64,000 bases of DNA from a virus: the IMG/VR virus record IMGVR_UViG_3300049484_000177, positions 34,384 to 98,383 of that record; one strand, given 5' to 3'. Both the position numbers and the translations under genes were made by a program. Shown here one piece after another: positions 58,890 through 64,000 of the stretch. Each line of letters opens with the position of its first letter. Position 1 is the stretch's first letter. Below the pieces are notes generated by a model. It did not search any database. It saw nothing but the letters and a program-made list of their open reading frames with translations, and was not told where the DNA came from.

Positions 58890-59228
58890 CTACTTCTTCC
58901 CTAGTATAGCACCCCAAAAGGACTTAGAGTGTGCTACCATCCGCTCCTTGACCGATTGAGGTACAGCTACTAACTTCTTGAACAAGAACGGAATCTTGAA
59001 CATACCAACCTTCACCTGCCCCGGATTCTTATGCAGAACGCAATGAACCTCCCTAGCCACCTGCATCATGTAGTAGTCACTACGGCTAGGTTCATTCCAT
59101 TGCTTCTTCAACCATTCCATCCAAACTAGATACTGACGGTTGGATGTCTTCTCTTGACAGTCGTCAAGGGACATACCTAAGTAACCGGCTAAGGTGAGCC
59201 AGCCGTCGTATCTTTCTGCAAGTTTTTT
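58890..59228 (-). CDS. tail assembly chaperone frameshift extension (gpT-like)
   Basis: -1 frame open from the slippery site: KLAERYDGWLTLAGYLGMSLDD... Confidence 0.8.
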   Translation of the reverse strand, partial: KKLAERYDGWLTLAGYLGMSLDDCQEKTSNRQYLVWMEWLKKQWNEPSRSDYYMMQVAREVHCVLHKNPGQVKVGMFKIPFLFKKLVAVPQSVKERMVAHSKSFWGAILGKK

Positions 59229-59740
59229 GCTTTTTCCTCAGCCGTGGGCTCCAGCCACTTCTTCAGTGCTTCGTAATCATCTCCGAGGGTGTCCACAAAC
59301 TCCTTCAGATCAGACAAAGGCAATGGAGACACCGGACTTGATAGAGCCTTGCCTAGAAGTTCTCTCTCACTAGCCTCCTCCTGAAGCATTGAGACTTCTT
59401 TGATCTTGGCGAAGAGTGTTTTCTGAATGCGGCTGGGCCAGCTTTCGATGGTGGCCTGTGTCACGAGCTTGTCCGCCTTCAACTCACCATTACCATCTGA
59501 CTTGGTAGTATAAAGGCAGTGAGATACAAGAAGAGGCTCGACACTAGCCATACCCCGCAGAGAAGTCGGTTTACCATCCGGGCCCAACGTCATCGAGGCA
59601 AGCAGAGCATTGCGATAGATAGTAGCCGCCTTGCCACTAGCCTCCTTGAGAATGTAGGACTTACCCTGCACCATAACAGGGAGTTCTACTGGAGTCAGAG
59701 TATCAAAGTTCAGATCATCTTGTTGGATTTGGTCTTTCAC
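59189..59740 (-). CDS. tail assembly chaperone (gpG-like)
   Basis: Between tail tube and tape measure; EEKAKN at slippery site. Confidence 0.85.
   Translation of the reverse strand: MKDQIQQDDLNFDTLTPVELPVMVQGKSYILKEASGKAATIYRNALLASMTLGPDGKPTSLRGMASVEPLLVSHCLYTTKSDGNGELKADKLVTQATIESWPSRIQKTLFAKIKEVSMLQEEASERELLGKALSSPVSPLPLSDLKEFVDTLGDDYEALKKWLEPTAEEKAKNLQKDTTAGSP
59222..59228 (-). other. programmed -1 ribosomal frameshift site A AAA AAC
   Basis: X XXY YYZ heptamer in frame; joins the two chaperone ORFs. Confidence 0.85.
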
Positions 59741-59824
59741 TGGTCGCTCCTAAGCAGACATCGAAAATTGGCCCTCCCCGCCCGTCCGCTAAAGACAGGG
59801 AGGGCCTTGCAAGCCACAGGCAGA

Positions 59825-60289
59825 CTACGTGCCGCTGCCAGTAGCCGAATACTCAGCGAGAGTCTCCACTCCCGCTAACTGATTTGTAGCCACAATCGTT
59901 ATGGCTGCTTCCGGTTGGTTGCCTTCCTGCATTTCGTTGGGCTCGAAGGACTTCAGGTATCCAACGAAATTCCAACAGCTTCCATCCGAGAAGTGAACCG
60001 AGATCCACCCATTGACGTTGATCAGGGCGATTATCTGATCCAGCACCTGAGGATCATAGGCCACAGTGAGTTGGGCATCTGTCAACGTCTTCAGAACCCG
60101 CGGACCTCTTGTCCGGTAGGTAGTGTTGAACATGGTGGTAGTTTCCACCGCGTCTCCACCATCTACCCCAGGAGGCTTCACCGACTTCTCCCAGAACGAA
60201 ACGTCGGAGTCAGCTGCAAAGGCTATCTTTGCAGGAAATCCTTCGTCCAGTTTGGTCCCAGCAGGGGCCGAGCGAGTCGTAGCAGTCAT
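59825..60289 (-). CDS. major tail tube protein
   Basis: PPGVDGGDAVETT...YDP...F.GYLKSFEP; ends ATGSGT. Confidence 0.85.
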   Translation of the reverse strand: MTATTRSAPAGTKLDEGFPAKIAFAADSDVSFWEKSVKPPGVDGGDAVETTTMFNTTYRTRGPRVLKTLTDAQLTVAYDPQVLDQIIALINVNGWISVHFSDGSCWNFVGYLKSFEPNEMQEGNQPEAAITIVATNQLAGVETLAEYSATGSGT

Positions 60290-60313
60290 GTTCAAATCTC
60301 CTTTCTGAGATTG

Positions 60314-60775
60314 TTATGTTCCAGTACCCGGAACTGTCATAGTCAAACTCATCAACGCATTTACTGTCCATAATTTCCTACGGCTTGAGCCATGTTCATA
60401 ACCCAACGAAAGGACACCTGATGTACGAGTAATAGCATTCACAGTATAGATAGCAGACCCAACTTCAACCGATGTCCTATTAACTGTCTTATCCAATCCC
60501 TGAGATATATTCATGGCCTTAGTGAACCCATTTTCACCATTAGAACGCACACGAATCTGAGTGCCGTAATGCTCTGCCATCTCCCCTTGAACGTGCTCTC
60601 TACCCCCTAACTTACTCTCGGTTGAGTAGACACAAACGGAATTGTCTGGAGTATCAGGATGGTTACCACTATAACAAGGCCAACTCCCTCCTGCACTGAT
60701 ATCGGTTACGTAACCTAAGTCAATGAGAAGTTGCTGAAGAACGTCAGCCGGTGAATGATCTAGGTCACCACTCAC
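60314..60775 (-). CDS. tail terminator protein
   Basis: PDTPDNSVCVY, QIRVRS; ends PGTGT. Confidence 0.8.
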   Translation of the reverse strand: MSGDLDHSPADVLQQLLIDLGYVTDISAGGSWPCYSGNHPDTPDNSVCVYSTESKLGGREHVQGEMAEHYGTQIRVRSNGENGFTKAMNISQGLDKTVNRTSVEVGSAIYTVNAITRTSGVLSLGYEHGSSRRKLWTVNALMSLTMTVPGTGT

Positions 60776-61281
60776 TACTTACGTCTCCTCTTACCAGATA
60801 CCTTCAATCCAGCCTTCCTAAGTGTCTCTACATCCTTACTCATTTGCTTAGTAGAACCTTCCCCTTTAGATAAGCGTCGTAGGGCCTGTGAACGGGCGAA
60901 TGCTGCTTTGGATTCTGTATCAACATCCTTCTCCAATGCCGTGAAGGCACTAGCCCTAAGAGCCGATGTATCAACAGGTACTATCATCTGACTCTCTCGT
61001 TGCAACCGAAGCCCAGCCATTAGAAGTGACTGAGCTATCGACCGTGTCTTCAAATAGACCTTTTGAACAATAGCCGCCAGTTCATGACGTAATCTACGGG
61101 CTGGGTCTTCTAGGTATTTAGCCTGCTTGCCCGGAGCATGCCTAGCATTGAGATCCTCATGAACATAGAGAGCATATTTCTGGGTATACCCTACCACTAC
61201 AGATTGATTCCCTTCAGCAGCGCTCTTCTTTAGTGCTGCTAGTTTCTGCATCACCTGATTTACACCTTCGATCTGAGCCAT
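60775..61281 (-). CDS. HK97 gp10-like neck / tail-completion protein
   Basis: YALYVHE, QAKYLE, VPVDTSALRAS. Confidence 0.8.
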   Translation of the reverse strand: MAQIEGVNQVMQKLAALKKSAAEGNQSVVVGYTQKYALYVHEDLNARHAPGKQAKYLEDPARRLRHELAAIVQKVYLKTRSIAQSLLMAGLRLQRESQMIVPVDTSALRASAFTALEKDVDTESKAAFARSQALRRLSKGEGSTKQMSKDVETLRKAGLKVSGKRRRK

Positions 61282-63725
61282 TAGGTATCCGATCCTACTA
61301 TACTGTCAATATCATAGGTAGCTGTATCCGGGATGAATGTTGCCCAAGGACTACGCTTACCCGTCCCCCTCCTCCACTCATAACCAGCATTTCTCCAGAG
61401 AGTAAGAGCTACTTGTCCATTAGCATCACTAACCTTAGTTTTTATCGTGCCATCCAATGAGCTGTTTATACTCCCAGAAGCAGGAGTAACCTGTCGATAT
61501 TGAATAGTAACCCCAGCCTCCAAAGTAGTGCTCTCGTTATAACAATAGATCGTTACATTGGACTTGGTTGCAACTGGTTCTGTTGGAACAGGAATGATAG
61601 TCATTGAGTAGGTAGCCGTCTCATTCCCATCCACAACCATTGTAGTCCCCGAATAGGTATAGTTGGCCAAAGTAATAGCTACTACCCAAGAACCGTCGTT
61701 TACGTTAAACGTAACATGACCCAACACATCAGTAGTCTGAAGGTAGGACTCATTGGCTTTAGTCATCCTTACTAATGCTCCCTCCAAGACTGTCGATCCG
61801 TCATTAACCGTAATAGTAACAGTGCGGGCACCAGTACCAGCAGAAGGACTAGCCGCCGTATCGAGAATTGTATCTAAACGTCCTCCATTAGCCCAGTCAG
61901 TTTGCAATTCGTTAGTATCCGCCAAAATAGCAGCAACCTCCGTGTCGAGGTAGCCAGCAACAGTGGCTAGATTTGTCGCCGTCGCCACGCCATAATCCAA
62001 CAATGACGCATCTACCTGGGTATTGATGTTCGCCAGTGATGTGGCGTCATTCGTCAGTGTCGTACCAGTGGCCGTATTCACAACGGTTCCGCACACGCCG
62101 GAGATGGTTACAATAGCCGAACCAGCTCCCGTACCGGCCACCGTGATTGGCCCCAGCACTCCGCGCAGTAGCACACTCGCCCCCGCGGCTACCGTGACGT
62201 TGATGCCCTCAAACGTACCTTGATATCTTGCAGCGCAACCGCCAGTGACGAGCGTTTGAACGGTAGCTGACACGACCTCCATGATGAGTGTTACGTTACT
62301 GTCGGCCGTAATTGTCGTTCCGCCGCTCCACCGCGAGAACCTCGCCGTCGTTGGTGCACCTGTTCCGACGAAGTTAAATACCGCCGCAACACCAGCCGTC
62401 GCCATTGCTCGGCAATCGACGAAATCATACTCACCAGCCGATCCGGTAGTGAATGTGCCGGACAAGTGTCCAAGTCCACAACTTATAAATTTGGATGGAC
62501 CCAATGTAACGGCACCAATGTCACAATCGAAAAACGTCGGATGTGTAGCACCCGTACCCGTTCCAATAACCGTTGCACCTTCGATATACGTTCCGCTGTA
62601 CGATTGTCCGTTGAGTGCGAGGTTCCAATTCTTACCGATGATCGACTTTCCATTAAATGCTGCAATCGGAGTGATGGTCTCTCCGTTCTGGATTCTAAAT
62701 CGCGTCAAACCCAACGCGGCAGCAATCACCAGGGCATCTGCAAACGGGCACGGGTTATCCGCCGTACCGTTAATGTAAGTGGTAGTTCCCGCTGTGCCAG
62801 AGGCTTTCACCCAAACAGCACCGTCAACATAGCCGACCGTGCGATTGGTAATCGTCTTGCCGACGAGAAGCTGGTCGATATTAAGTGTGGCATTTGACAG
62901 TGCGGCTAAGGGAGCTTCGTTAATGACTTGGATTCGCACCTTGCCGGCATTTACACCCGTTCCCGTATAGGTGGCTGTCAGTTCGGGCACAGAGACGGAA
63001 TTGGTGCTTCCGTTGGTCCCCGCTAATGTGTAAAAGTTCTTCCACTGCCCTCCACCAGTCACCCAATCCCAAACATTGACATGGACCGAATCGTTGGATG
63101 AGTTGATATAGCCCTTGAAGATGAATCCTGTGGCTTGCTCATCGCCAGCGAGCGTAAAATCAAAGATGAGGGAAATTCCACCGAGACCCGTTCCTGTCCA
63201 TGTCATGTAGTTTCCGGTTGCTGCAACAAGGTCGGCCAACACACCACCCGTTAGCACCCCAGCCGTCAGTGTGTACGTGGCGGGCGATGAATAAGACGGA
63301 GAGCCCGTAATGGCAATGTTGGAGACTTGACCACGGATGATATCCACCTCAGCGTCGATGTCGTCCTGTAATCCCTCCACCGATGCCGTGGTTCCGTTCC
63401 ACCAGACTCGCATCGACTTGAGCAGCGTATCGGAGATGGCAGGCGTAGCTCCCACTCGCTTGTAGATGTCGATGTCGTACCAGCCAACCGTAGTTAACGT
63501 CGCTGGCCAAGTGCCAACATAGAAGTACGATGAAGCGGGAGTCTCTGTCAACGCAATCCAGTAGTTTCCGTCCGTCGCTGCCGCGTTGTACCAGTTCAGT
63601 ACGGTCAGCGACTCAAACGCTGGCAGGTCCGTGTCCGTGTTCCACATCTGCCGAGATGAGTTGCGGATAGTCACGTACAAAACCTCACCCGTGGCACTGT
63701 GCCGGTAGCTCAACTCGCTGGCCAT
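61281..63725 (-). CDS. large Gly/Thr-rich virion protein (beta-helix plus C-terminal Ig/transthyretin-like domains)
   Basis: NGTADNPC, beta-helix-like repeats, TTDVLGHVTF, SDANGQV. Confidence 0.7.
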   Translation of the reverse strand: MASELSYRHSATGEVLYVTIRNSSRQMWNTDTDLPAFESLTVLNWYNAAATDGNYWIALTETPASSYFYVGTWPATLTTVGWYDIDIYKRVGATPAISDTLLKSMRVWWNGTTASVEGLQDDIDAEVDIIRGQVSNIAITGSPSYSSPATYTLTAGVLTGGVLADLVAATGNYMTWTGTGLGGISLIFDFTLAGDEQATGFIFKGYINSSNDSVHVNVWDWVTGGGQWKNFYTLAGTNGSTNSVSVPELTATYTGTGVNAGKVRIQVINEAPLAALSNATLNIDQLLVGKTITNRTVGYVDGAVWVKASGTAGTTTYINGTADNPCPFADALVIAAALGLTRFRIQNGETITPIAAFNGKSIIGKNWNLALNGQSYSGTYIEGATVIGTGTGATHPTFFDCDIGAVTLGPSKFISCGLGHLSGTFTTGSAGEYDFVDCRAMATAGVAAVFNFVGTGAPTTARFSRWSGGTTITADSNVTLIMEVVSATVQTLVTGGCAARYQGTFEGINVTVAAGASVLLRGVLGPITVAGTGAGSAIVTISGVCGTVVNTATGTTLTNDATSLANINTQVDASLLDYGVATATNLATVAGYLDTEVAAILADTNELQTDWANGGRLDTILDTAASPSAGTGARTVTITVNDGSTVLEGALVRMTKANESYLQTTDVLGHVTFNVNDGSWVVAITLANYTYSGTTMVVDGNETATYSMTIIPVPTEPVATKSNVTIYCYNESTTLEAGVTIQYRQVTPASGSINSSLDGTIKTKVSDANGQVALTLWRNAGYEWRRGTGKRSPWATFIPDTATYDIDSIVGSDT

Positions 63726-63757
63726 CAGGCTATCCTATTCTTAATGTTGCTTGTATC

Positions 63758-64000
63758 TCAGCCGTCTTCCATTGGTTCTTCAATCACCGCCACGGCCGTT
63801 GCTGCCAGTGTTTTTAACGGGTTCATACACGGCTTCCCGGCCGTCGGCTTTTCAACCGTTACACCCGCGAGCTTCGCCAATTCTGTGGTCTTGGCTGACT
63901 CACAGGTAGCAAACACGTCGGTCTGGATCGGCTTGGCAGCGGTGCCCATCACCTTATGAAATGCTTCCAATCCGGCAAGCATGTCGTCAGTAGCCCGAAA
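63758..64000 (-). CDS. hypothetical protein, 5' end possibly outside the window
   Basis: Open to near the window edge. Confidence 0.5.
   Translation of the reverse strand, partial: FRATDDMLAGLEAFHKVMGTAAKPIQTDVFATCESAKTTELAKLAGVTVEKPTAGKPCMNPLKTLAATAVAVIEEPMEDG

Overview
A 64-kb fragment of a tailed dsDNA phage, probably a siphovirus (tape measure, tail tube and frameshifted chaperone are present; no sheath, capsid, terminase or integrase is in the window). The CsrA sequence suggests a Planctomycete-like host, which is a weak inference. It has three blocks. (1) 0.2-31.3 kb, + strand: a replication/recombination module with a sigma-like factor, SNF2 helicase, primase, an initiator carrying internal iterons, DnaB, beta clamp, DnaX-like loader, a Pol I split into three genes (intein-containing UDG plus 3'-5' exonuclease / polymerase / 5' nuclease), SSB, RecA, RuvC, a split SbcC with SbcD, three orphan DNA methyltransferases, CsrA, one tRNA(CAT), two tRNA-like elements and several structured intergenic RNAs. 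(2) 31.4-41.9 kb, + strand: a probable early/accessory region opening with a ~650-nt structured non-coding segment. Its genes (MoxR AAA+, VWA partner, DUF6744-like and others) are joined by a repeated two-hairpin leader ending in GGAGCGA(N)ATG. (3) 41.9-64 kb, - strand: a tail operon running directly into a 13-gene glycan-tailoring cluster (glycosyltransferases, methyltransferases, two radical SAM enzymes, a PIG-L deacetylase). Tail proteins carry G-T/S-G-T tags, two of them at the extreme C-terminus. The best candidates for new biology are a virion glycosylation system with a GTGT acceptor tag, and an RNA-based control layer (repeated leader motif, CsrA, large ncRNAs). All family assignments come from motif recognition by eye; no searches were run.
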